From positions 2,852,001 through 2,916,000 of the forward strand of contig NW_026262674.1 of the NCBI RefSeq assembly GCF_021869535.1: DNA of 64,000 nt. Reading direction: 5' to 3'. The position numbers and the translations under genes were made by a program. The notes below the pieces were generated by a model. It had not been told where the DNA came from. It did no database searches and worked only from the letters and a program-made list of their open reading frames with translations. Below are positions 13,815 to 23,725 of the stretch, one piece after another (position 1 is the first letter of the stretch; the number at the start of each line of letters is the position of its first letter). Origin of the DNA: Mytilus californianus. Its lineage: Eukaryota.

Positions 13815-15207
13815 TGAGTCTAACAGTCTAGTTTCTAAATCTTGATAGTCTTTGGATGCCTTAGTGACTTCAGACGACAAGAGAGATTCAGATTTGGAAA
13901 TTGGTGCTAGTTCATTATTTTGGGTTACACAAATGGCCTTTTCACATGACTCTGAGTCTTACGTTCTAGTTTCTAAATCTTGAAAGTCCGTTGATGTCTT
14001 TTTAGTGACTTCAAACGACAAGAGATATTCTGCTTTGGAAATTGGTGCTAGTTCATTATTTTGGGTTACACAAATGGCCTTTTCACATGACTCCGAGTCT
14101 TACGTTCTAGTTTCTAAAACTTGAAAGTCCGTTGATGTCTTTTTAGTGACTTCAAGCGACAAGAGAGATTCGGATTTGGAAATTGGTGCTAGTTCATTAT
14201 TTCGTGTTGCACAAATGGCTTTTTCACATGACTCTGAGTCTAACGTTCTAGTTTCTAAATCTTGAAAGTCCGTTGATGTCTTTTTAATGACTTCAAACGA
14301 CAAGAGAGATTCGGATTTGGAAATTGGTGCTAGTTCATTATTTCGGGTTGCACAAATGGCTTCTTCACATGACTCTGAGTCTAGCAGTCTAGTTTCCAAA
14401 TCTTGAATGTTCTTGGATGTCTTTGTTACTTCAAACGACAAGCGAGATGCAGATTTGGGAATTGGTGCTAGTTCATTATTTCGTGTTGCACAAATGGCCT
14501 TTTCACATGACTCTAAGTCTAACAGTCTAGTTTCTAGATCTTGAAAGTCTTTAGATGTCTTAGTGACTTTAAACGACAAGAGAGATTCGGATTTGGAAAT
14601 TGGTGCTAGTTCATTATTTCGGGTTGCACAAATGGCTTTTTCACATGACTCTGAGTCTAACAGTCTAGTTTCTAGATCTTGAAAGTCTTTGGATGTCTTA
14701 GTGACTTCAAACGGCAAGAGAGATTCGGATTTGGAAATTGGTGCTAGTTCATTATTTCGGGTTGCACAAATGGCTTCGTCACATGACTCTGAGTCTAGCA
14801 GTCTAGTTTCCAAATCTTGAATGTTCTTGGATGTCTTAGTTACTTCAAACGACAAGCGAGATGCAGATTTGGGAATTGGTGCTAGTTCAGTATTTCGTGT
14901 CGCACAAATGGCTTTTTCACATGACTCTGAGTCTAACAGTCTAGCGTCTAGATCTTGAAAGTCTTTGGATGTCTTAGTGACTTCAAACGACAAGCGAGAT
15001 TCAGATTTGGAAATTGGTGCTAGTTCATTATTTCGGGTTGCACAAATGGCCTTTTCACATGACTCTGAGTCTAACGGTCTTGTTTCTAGATCTTGAAAGT
15101 CTTTGGATGTCTTAGTGACTTCAAACGACAAGAGAGATTCTAATTTGGAAATTAGTGCTAGTTCATTTTTTCGGGTTGCAAAAATGGCTTCTTCACATGA
15201 CTCTGAT
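13815..15207 (-). repeat. Coding-type tandem repeat, 138/141-bp unit (46/47 aa), ~10 copies
   Basis: ORF 14100-15131 repeats SFEVTKTSKDFQDLETRLLDSESCEKAICATRNNELAPISKSESLL; units are spaced ~138-141 bp apart. Confidence 0.95.
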
Positions 15208-15569
15208 TGCCAGATTTATGTTGATATTTTGGCCATCGGGATACCTGAAATATATATATATATATATATGTAATCTTATATACAACTGGATGATTCTGTT
15301 TAGTCCCATGATAACCAGTATTTCTTTCTTAAATATTCAATCAAATGCCATTCAATATTTTATTGGAAAGAGCACAATAGAGGTGATCCAAATAAAGATA
15401 TAGTTGAGACGTTTTTCCTCCGTTCACACACATGCACTTTTTCATCACATTGAAATGCTTCAAATGTCTTCTCTACTTTATTAGTTAATAATACTCCATT
15501 TCACTAGCATCTTTTTACTACAAATATTTGGAAAGTATCTTAATTTTAAAGCAACATGATTATTGAACA

Positions 15570-16320
15570 AGAGGCTCCTATTAGTCATCTGGCATTTTTA
15601 GTTAAATATAAGGCGAAAATGCAACAAGAAAATGTGTGTGAAATGGAAACTTTTGGGCCTTCTGATCATATTGGCTGGACCAAGTTTCTGTATATTCGTT
15701 ATGGTTTTCAAGATAATAAGCAAAGGTAAAAAATGTGTTTTAGGGCTCATAGATTTCATGTCTATTAGATTTATTTGTAGGTTTTTTATGCAATTCAAAA
15801 ATAGTCTATCTATAATTTTAGTTTTCAAAATGTTTGGTAAAACACTAATATTGACAAAAAAACATTATTCTAGGGAAATAACTCTTGAAACGAGTCGGCT
15901 GACTTTTGGTATTTTACAGTTTCTGTATGAGAAACCCAACACGATTGGTATAAAAGAACAGAGTTCCTATGTCCCAAACTCCTATGAGAAGTCGTCTGAC
16001 AGATTTGACTTAAATGGACAGTAGGTATATCTCAGCTTTCTGAACAATTTCTGCCCCTGCCAGATCTTCTGTTTAATAGCCCTTTTCAAGATAACAGACA
16101 AAAATTTCATCTTACTCCTATGTTTTATTTTTAGCAATGTCCGCCGACATGGTTTTCAGGCAAGATCATCGGACACATTTCTAAAACTAGATAGCCTAAT
16201 GATGATTGTGGCCATGTTTGGTTAAATTTGGCTAAGTAGTTAGAAGAGAAGATTTTTGTAAAATTTAACGGAAGACAGACGCTAAGTGATTTGAAAAGCT
16301 CACTTGGTCCCTTGGGTTGA
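15570..16320 (+). mobile_element. HINE/pearl-like non-autonomous element, degenerate
   Basis: Starts aacaagaggctc and ends gacagacgctaagtgatttgaaaagctcac. Similar termini at ~31893 (aacaagaggctct) and ~56940 (gacggacgccaagtgatgagaaagctcac). Confidence 0.55.
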
Positions 16321-16764
16321 TCATTTTATGGAAAAGAAATATGTTTATAACACTATGGATGTCCATAACACAGATTCTGATAAAGTTTCTCGAGCAGAAA
16401 ACATAACTATTAAGTAAACCTAATATCAAGGAATATTGTCGTACTTAATTAAAGAGCAGTTAAATATCATGGGTATACTACAATGGGCTCTCAAGTATGG
16501 GTATACATTCAAATAATTCAAAAAGTCCCTCATGCATAAAATGAAACACAAAAAATTACAACTATGTGTGATAGGTTTACTGATAAGACCATAACTGCAT
16601 TGTAAGCTTGAAAATGTTTTTCATTTCAATTCTGCTATTCAAATACCTTTATCTTTAAAATTGAGAATGGAATTGGGGAATGTGTCAAAGAGACAACAAC
16701 CCGACCAAAGAGCGGAAAACAGCCGAAGGCCACCAATGGGTCTTCAACACAGCGAGTTGAACCA

Positions 16765-16992
16765 TTGAACTTTAACCATTCCTAGGAGAATCCTAAGACA
16801 ATCTTTTTGACCAAACAGTGAAGCCAAAAAAACAGGTGTTAGTTCCTGACCAGCACAAATGTCAAGTCGAGCACCATGTCTTACTAAATAGGCATGGACA
16901 GTAGCATGACCGTTCACTGCAGCAGTGTATAGAGCAGTGTATCCTGAGAAGATCTGGTGGTTTATGTGGGCTCCATTTTCCAGTAGCACTTT
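16765..16992 (-). pseudogene. Ankyrin-repeat coding fragment (about 2.5 repeats); exon of an unresolved gene or a gene remnant
   Basis: VLLENGAHINHQIFSGYTALYTAAVNGHATVHAYLVRHGARLDICAGQELTPVFLASLFGQKDCLRILL fits the ankyrin consensus (G-x-T-A/P-L-x-x-A-x-x-x-G ... LL-x-x-GA). Dispersed repeats abut both sides. Confidence 0.7.
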
Positions 16993-17460
16993 AAATAAAG
17001 GCAACAGTAGTATATCGCTGTTCAAAAGTCATAAATCTATTGAGAGAAAACAAATCCGGGTTACAAACTAGAACCGAGGGAAACATTAAACGCATCAACT
17101 ATAAGAGGTAAACAATGGAACAACAGAAACACTGAAGTGCAACAAAAACAAACGGCCAGCATACATAGAAACGAACTATTTGATAACAACTGCCATATTC
17201 CTGACTTGGTACAGGACATTTTAAGAAAAATGGTGGGTTGAACCTGGTTTTATGGCTAGCCAAACCTCCCGCTTATATGGTAATGTTAAACAATATCGCT
17301 AAAATGACAACACTACGTGACAGAAATAAAGCACAAAAAACGCAAGAACAATCAGCATAGAGAAACGCACAAATAAATAATATAATAGTCGTTACAACAT
17401 GTAAACCGCAGAATAACAACGAACATCTGCCATTAACGACAGCACAGGACATCACAAACA
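16993..17460 (+). mobile_element. Dispersed repeat (aataaaggcaacagtagtataccgctg family)
   Basis: Related copies at ~38690-38830, ~42540-42710 (reverse), ~54625-55130 and ~58930-59185. Confidence 0.85.
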
Positions 17461-17709
17461 GTGACGTATTTTTGTAACGAATATATAATCTTGAAATTCA
17501 TACAATTATTTTCACAATACTAGTCCAAACAACTATCATGACTATGACGGTATTGAAAGGCTATTTTAAATAAATGCTGTGATGACGTCATATAATTATT
17601 TGTACTAACACAATACTTTATCCATGGAAAATGGAAATTAATTCGACTATACTGACAAATAATTTTCACACATTCCATGCTGTCCACATTTAAAGCTGAA
17701 ATTACAATA

Positions 17710-18110
17710 TAAAATTGAGAATGGAAATGGGGAATGTGTCAAAGAGACAACAACCCGACCATAGAGCAGACAACAGCCGAAGGCCACCAAAGGGTCTTCA
17801 ATGCAGCGAGAAACTCCCGCACCCGGAGGCGTCCTTCAGCTGGCCCCTAAACAAAAATGTATACTAGTTCAGTGATAATGGACGTCATACTAAACTCCAA
17901 ATTATACACAAGAAACTAAAATTAAAAACGATACAAGACTAACAAAGGTCAGAGGCTCCTGACTTGGGACATGCGCAAAAATGCGGCGGGGTTAAACATG
18001 TTTTTTGAGATCTCAACCCCCCCCCCCCCTATACTTCTAGCCAATGTAGAAAAACAAACGTACAACAGTACGCACAGTAAAACTCAGTTTAAGAGAAGTT
18101 CGAGTCCGAT
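17710..18110 (+). mobile_element. Dispersed repeat (aaaattgagaatggaaatggggaatgtgtc family)
   Basis: Related copies at ~16657-16755, ~28575-28695, ~52645-53020, ~57455 and ~59785-59895 (reverse). Confidence 0.85.
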
Positions 18111-18699
18111 GTCAAACATCAACTTTACAAATCCGGAAAAAATTTGAAGGATTTCAATTTTGAGATTTTTCCTTATTTCTAACACATTTATAAATACAAA
18201 CGATACTTTGTTGGCCTCAGTAATGTTTGTTTTTATACATAAACCTTTATTTCAGATATTTTTTCACCAAAAAAAATCCTCAAATTGACTTTTTTTAAAC
18301 AAAACTTAAAAAAAATCCAGTTTTCAACCAATAAAATGTTTATATCACCTTAACCTTCCAAATCGTATAAAACTTACGTAACAATCAAGTGTCATGATGG
18401 ACGATAGTTCAAAAATATTTTTAAATTAGCTTTAGTGTGCGAGATATCAAGCCAGAAGCAACAGTACACTACGGTCAAATATGACTTCATATTGAATTTG
18501 CGATACTGTTTTTATACTTTATTTAAAGAGGACTTGTTGCTACTATTATTTATCGATCAATACCACTGCTCTATAACATAGTCTCCTTTTGAGTAGTTTA
18601 CACTGGTTAATGTCTATAACATGATCGGTTTTACTCTCATCATCCCTATGCCTTTTCCCCTTGCAATGTACCACAGACTTTAAAAGGTATTCAAGCCTG

Positions 18700-20160
18700 A
18701 TCTCCAGCTTCATGATTTCTGTCACCTATCAGAAGACCTGCATTAATGTTTCCACACATTTCACTTGATTACATGGACACAGGTATGTACATGACAGTTT
18801 CTGCTCAAAGCAAACACATTCTTTTGAGCGAACATATTTTCTTTTACAAGTACAGACAATGTCTAATAGGAAGTCCGAAGACATTTGACCCTCGCAAAAT
18901 ACCGGCTTCAATCAATCATTATCAATCCATCAAACTTTAGCGGAGATCTAAGAGGTGGTTTAGGAAGGTGTAATGTCATCCATATACTTGTCTGCAAAAA
19001 TGCTCGAATCAAATTTTGAACAAATGTTGATTCGCAAGGGGGAAGCTTGGTCAGAGACGCCTCTTTTGTAACAAAATATTTTACACGTAATGTACGTATT
19101 GATTATACTGTGTGCGCTTTTGAATTTACCCTTTTTGATCATAAACCAATGGAACTTCCAACTGAAATAGATTCATCAACATCACAGATTGGCAGGTTTA
19201 CTCAATCGGACGCAGCACAACATACCTGTTATTGTTTACTTATGCCAAACATTGCTTATGTAGACTCACACCCTTAAATTGAAAGCATGGCAGGCACGCA
19301 TTACTTTGGCTGACGATGGAATTCAAAAAATTGCATAGTTCATGTATAAGTATAAAGCGTCTTTCATCCTTGGTCTTGTTTCAAACTTTTGTGTTTTTCA
19401 GGGAAGAAAAATAGTGGACATAAAGAGCTAAAACGTCCGTGTCCTATGATCCTTCTTTTACAGGTACGACTTCTAACTTGTCTATCGGCATCCATGACAT
19501 GCAAAATCATACGTGTGGATAAGCTTCTTCGTGGGTTCTATAAATCTCCACGCGATCAATGACAGTTTTTGCACAAAAGAGTTTCACCATTTGAGGATCG
19601 GAAAAAGTTCCAGCTAAAGTTAGTTTATCATTATTTGCTAGTGCATTAGGTTTGTTTTGGCGGTAACAAACAATAAAATTCCCAAGAAACTCTTGTTTAT
19701 TTTTTTTGGAATATGAACACTTTTTACACATGTTACAGTCAAGATCCTTCGTGTAAAGTTTGATCTTTAATAACGTTCGGCTACCTTGATAGAAATTTTG
19801 AAACCCATATCTGTCAAAGACATCAACAACAGAGGTAGCCCTTGAAAAACAGCGGAGCTGAAATTGAATGAGCTCTATTCCCAGATCACTAAATGCCATA
19901 CCTTCCCTAATCAAAATGATGAGCTATTTATCGAACTCGGAGAAAAGTAACAATACAATGTTTCTTTCTCGAGTTGATGACAAAGATCGGCTTTACATGA
20001 TTATCTCATAGTTTCATCATAAAAAAGGGTTGTAGGGATCGAACTAATCGGAAATGTCGAAATTGTTTCAACAATGATGTCATCTCGACTATTCGCTAAC
20101 ATCAATGCTCTCGGAACACCAGTTTAGTATTGATATGAAGATTCAAAATTTCTCCTGTTT
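18700..20160 (-). mobile_element. Decayed DNA-transposon ORF, C-terminal half (XPG/FEN1-like nuclease plus Cys-rich tail), Academ-like
   Basis: Fragments across frameshifts: FPISSIPTTLFYDETMR*SCKADLCHQLE; VVDVFDRY; THEEAYPHV; S*DTDVLAL; RRFILIHELC; GCEST-like; CTCKRK...CVCFEQKLSCTYLCPC. An XPG domain plus Cys-rich finger is the described layout of Academ (AcademX) proteins. The superfamily assignment is from recall, and no TIRs were identified. Confidence 0.6.
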
Positions 20161-20708
20161 TAAACATTAAATTTGTTTTCTTCGTTAGGTCCTCAAATGT
20201 TTTAACATTGACCGAGGGATATTATCAAAAAAACTACGAGTCTCCCTCGTGCAAAGCAGTGATTCCTTGTCTGGATTTGGCTATACTTTGGGTCCTTTTT
20301 TGTTTGATCTGCTCTTCAACATTTTTATTTCATTTTGGATATTCAAATATTTTGGCCTCGAGCATCACCGAAGAGACATTAATTGCCGAAATGCGCATCT
20401 GGTGCATTAAAATTGGTACCGTTTAGGCCCTTCGATAAATTATTTTGAAAGTTTATCAACATCATCAAAGCCGACATTAACAGAGGTCTGCATTTCTTTC
20501 GATGCGTGCATTCCAGTTGACGTGCACCTCATTCAACCATTTATTCATTGCAAATACAAAAGTCGACTTCCCTATACTAGTTAATTGACTTTCAGTGGAT
20601 GTTTTCATTTTTCAAAGGACTTGACGAGTCGTACATTTCGAGGAATTTTAGCTGAAAATATCCGTCAAAATATTTTTCTGACCACTAATGAATTTAATGT
20701 TATTCCAG

Positions 20709-20884
20709 GTGAGCGATTCACGGTAGCCTTTAGTTTCGTTTGGTTACGGAGTTAAAAAGCTTATTTCGACTTATTATTTTATTGCCGCTTATTTACTTTA
20801 TTTCCATTTTTCAATTGTTTCATCAAATTGAAAATTCTGTCAACACGTATTCATGTTATGACCGTAATTTAAATATAGTTACAG
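20709..20884 (+). other. Candidate 5' UTR intron of the TRIM-like gene
   Basis: Donor cag|gtgagc at 20709 and acceptor ttacag| ending at 20884, 50 nt upstream of the ATG. Confidence 0.35.
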
Positions 20885-20933
20885 GTATATCTAAAAATAG
20901 ACTTCACATCAGGGAAGTTTGATAATACACAAT

Positions 20934-22856
20934 ATGGCGACTTCGGCGGTTATGAAGGTGGAATCTCTTAAAGACAACTTTGATGATTTATTAACATGCA
21001 CTATTTGTCTTGAGACTTTCAAAGAGCCCAAGTATTTGCCCTGTCTTCATACGTTTTGTGAGTCATGTATTAACACTTATATCAATTCGACTGATAATGA
21101 GGAGAAACCAACAGGGTTCAAATGTCCTTTATGTAAACGCCTTGTTTCAATTGTTGACAATGTTGAAAACCCCAAAACATGGGCTAGACAATTACCTTTG
21201 AATCATTTGATAATGTCGATGATAGATAGAAAAGCAATGAAAACATCCGAGAAGCTTTGTGATGCTTGCAGTTTCAGAAATTTATCTCAGAATGCCGTGT
21301 CCTTTTGCACGGTATGCGAGGAGGCATATTGCGAAAACTGTGAGGTTCATCACAAAACATACAAAATAACGCGAAACCACAAAATCGTTCCAATCAAAGA
21401 AATAAATGCTGATAATTCTGCCTTAAATTTGTTGGGAGTTTTCACTTGTGACGAACATCCAGACGAGAGAATAAAGATATATTGCAAAGACCATACAAAG
21501 CCATGTTGTACAGTTTGTGCTACGGTCCATCATAGAAGGTGTGCACAAGTCGTTACCATAGATAAAGCTGTATCCGGTGTAAAAGATTCTACAAAGGCAC
21601 ATGATCTTATGAATAAGTTGAAAGAAAAAAGCGATCAGTTATGCAAAGTTCTTCAAAATCGCAAGCAAAACATATCAACATTTGAAAAAGAAATAGAAGC
21701 TATTGAGACAGGAATAAGTAACTTGCGGGAAAAGTTAAATAGACATTTAGATAAACTTGAACAAAAGTTAAAAGACGAAGTTAGGAACACACGGAAATCT
21801 AACGTCCTAAAACTGAACGATGAAACTATAGTATTATCCACACTAAAGAGCACCATTGATAATTGGAAGAATATTTTTGAGGCTTGTTTATTTCAAGGAT
21901 CGGAATTACAATGTTTGGTTACAATGGAAGATATATTTAGTAAACTACCACAGTTCGAAGAGGATTTGTCTAAAGTAGTGCGTGAAATCCGAGAACTATC
22001 AGTAGAAATAGAAGTTACAGATGTTATTAAAAAAGTAGACACTCTTGGTAGTGTTAGTCTGAAAGAACGAAGACCTTCGATCTCTGGAATAAAGACCATA
22101 AATTTCCTCACAGGAAAATTTAAAGTTGTATTTACAATAGATATTAGTGGACACTATATAAGTGGAATATTCTTTAATGATGATATAGTTATAACAGATT
22201 ATAGTAGTAAGAAGATAGTTAGCTATGACCCCAACGGACAAAAGAAGAAAGAACTAAAAATTTATGATAAACCGTCTGACATCACTAAAGTGAATGGTGA
22301 AACTGTTGCTGTGTCGTCATACCCACACAAGATCTTTGAGATTAATATTGAAGCAATGACATTACTGAGAACGCTGACCGTTAATGTAAATGTATGGGGA
22401 TTGTGTTTTGTAGGAGATGAATATATTACCTCTCAATGTAAAACTATTTCATGGTTGAACTCTGAAACCGGTGCAAAACTTAGATGTTGTACTACGGGTT
22501 CAAATACACCATTTGTTACTTGTTACAAGTCGAATAAGTACATCTATACAAATAGCAATAATTCTATCAGACAAGAATCGACCACAGAAAAATGTTTCGA
22601 TTACAATAGTAAAGCTTTAGTAACTCCGCTTAGCCAGGCTATTGATTATGATGGGAATGTTTACGCTGTTGGGCATGAATCTAAAAACATTCATCAGCTA
22701 ACCTCTACTGGAGAATTCGTCCGAATAATTCCTTTATCCGATATAGATAATACATTGAATGCTAATCCGTGGGTAATGCGATTTAAAGAGGATAGTAACA
22801 GGTTTCTGTTGACGTTTCATTATCAAGGAAAAGTACGTATATGCGAAATTGAATAG
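20934..22856 (+). CDS. TRIM-like E3 ubiquitin ligase (RING, two B-boxes, coiled coil, NHL-like beta-propeller), 640 aa, single coding exon
   Basis: RING CTICLETFKEPKYLPCLHTFCESC...CPLC; B-box1 CDAC...CTVCEEAYCENCEVHH...H; B-box2 CDEH...YCKDHTKPCCTVCATVHHRRC; heptad region; propeller motif AIDYDGNVYAVG. The ATG at 20934 (aatATGG) is preferred over the TTG at 20919. Confidence 0.93.
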   Translation: MATSAVMKVESLKDNFDDLLTCTICLETFKEPKYLPCLHTFCESCINTYINSTDNEEKPTGFKCPLCKRLVSIVDNVENPKTWARQLPLNHLIMSMIDRKAMKTSEKLCDACSFRNLSQNAVSFCTVCEEAYCENCEVHHKTYKITRNHKIVPIKEINADNSALNLLGVFTCDEHPDERIKIYCKDHTKPCCTVCATVHHRRCAQVVTIDKAVSGVKDSTKAHDLMNKLKEKSDQLCKVLQNRKQNISTFEKEIEAIETGISNLREKLNRHLDKLEQKLKDEVRNTRKSNVLKLNDETIVLSTLKSTIDNWKNIFEACLFQGSELQCLVTMEDIFSKLPQFEEDLSKVVREIRELSVEIEVTDVIKKVDTLGSVSLKERRPSISGIKTINFLTGKFKVVFTIDISGHYISGIFFNDDIVITDYSSKKIVSYDPNGQKKKELKIYDKPSDITKVNGETVAVSSYPHKIFEINIEAMTLLRTLTVNVNVWGLCFVGDEYITSQCKTISWLNSETGAKLRCCTTGSNTPFVTCYKSNKYIYTNSNNSIRQESTTEKCFDYNSKALVTPLSQAIDYDGNVYAVGHESKNIHQLTSTGEFVRIIPLSDIDNTLNANPWVMRFKEDSNRFLLTFHYQGKVRICEIE

Positions 22857-22996
22857 AAAAGTACGTATATTCGAAATTGAATAGAAAAGTACGTATATGC
22901 GAAATTGAATAGAAAAGTACGTACATGCGAAATTGAATAGAAAAGTACGTATATGCGAAATTGAATAGAAAAGTACGTATATGCGAAATTGGATAG
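22829..22996 (+). repeat. 28-bp tandem repeat x6 made of the TRIM gene's last 8 codons plus stop
   Basis: aaaagtacgtatatgcgaaattgaatag at 22829, 22857, 22885, 22913, 22941 and 22969. The first copy encodes KVRICEIE* and contains the real stop. Confidence 0.97.
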
Positions 22997-23442
22997 ACAG
23001 GCCTTACTGGCTAAATTTGAAAAATAAAAATGTCACTAATATGTTAAAATGGATTACACAAAATGATTTGCTCTCATTTAATCTGTTGTTATATCACTAA
23101 AAATAAAATTAATCTGTTTAAACCAAATATTCCCTTAGTGGCCATTTGATATTAAAAAAGTGAAAGGAACAACAAACAATGAACGAGTAATTGCATTTAG
23201 GGAATTTTAGGTAATAAAAGACGGGAAATTGTTTTATTTTTGTCTTTTTGTCATGGGATTGCCAGTTTACTTTGGTATATGTCGCCTCTCTTTTAAACCT
23301 GTATGCACAGTAAAATTTTAATTTGATCACTGAAGGTGAAATCTTCGATATGACTGTTTCCACTACTTATTATCCTAGGCATGTATATGTATGACAATCA
23401 GTAAATCAATATATCCGTTGCTTAGATGGCCGCAGAAATAAA

Positions 23443-23725
23443 AGAGGGACGAAAGATACCAGAGGGACAGTCAAACTCATAGATCGAAAACTAACTGACA
23501 ACGCCATGGCCAAAAATAAAAAGACAAATAGACAAATAATAGTACAGATGACACAACATAGAAAACTAAAGACTAAGCAACACGAACCCCACCAAAAACT
23601 GGGGGTGATCTCAGGTGCTCCAGAAGGGTAAGCAGATCCTGCTCCACATGTGGCACCCGTCGTGTTGCTTATGTTATTACAAATCCGGAAATAGTCTAAT
23701 TCGGTAAGTCACATTCGTGAAAAGG
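23443..23725 (+). mobile_element. Dispersed repeat (aaaagagggacgaaagatacc family)
   Basis: Reverse-complement copy at ~40353-40630; partial copies at ~41395-41570 and ~51035-51105. Confidence 0.85.

Larger units (their letters stand above)
12731..15244 (-). pseudogene. TRIM-like pseudogene: 46-aa repeats, coiled-coil remnant and NHL-like beta-propeller
   Basis: Acceptor tttcag at 15245-15246. Minus-strand translation gives the repeats, then IQQIRTQINKQFDKLEKEMIKD, then TVAIIFGGSLKKTGIHIIDVESQKKIKFINL...SMFVCVEGRG...KIYFTNRDIHSVVCCDYNG...FKDDSVLLQCLAGICLDNDGNIFVVGEASSN...EILTKEDGLCQPSAI*FDKQTNKLLVSNKEAITLFYNVSSHV*. It carries premature stops (14100, 13959, 12812), frameshifts and a TE insertion. 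Confidence 0.8.

Noticed and set aside
15598-16024. Overlapping 76-aa and 130-aa ORFs
   Set aside because: They lie within a HINE-like repeat and are low-complexity with no domain.
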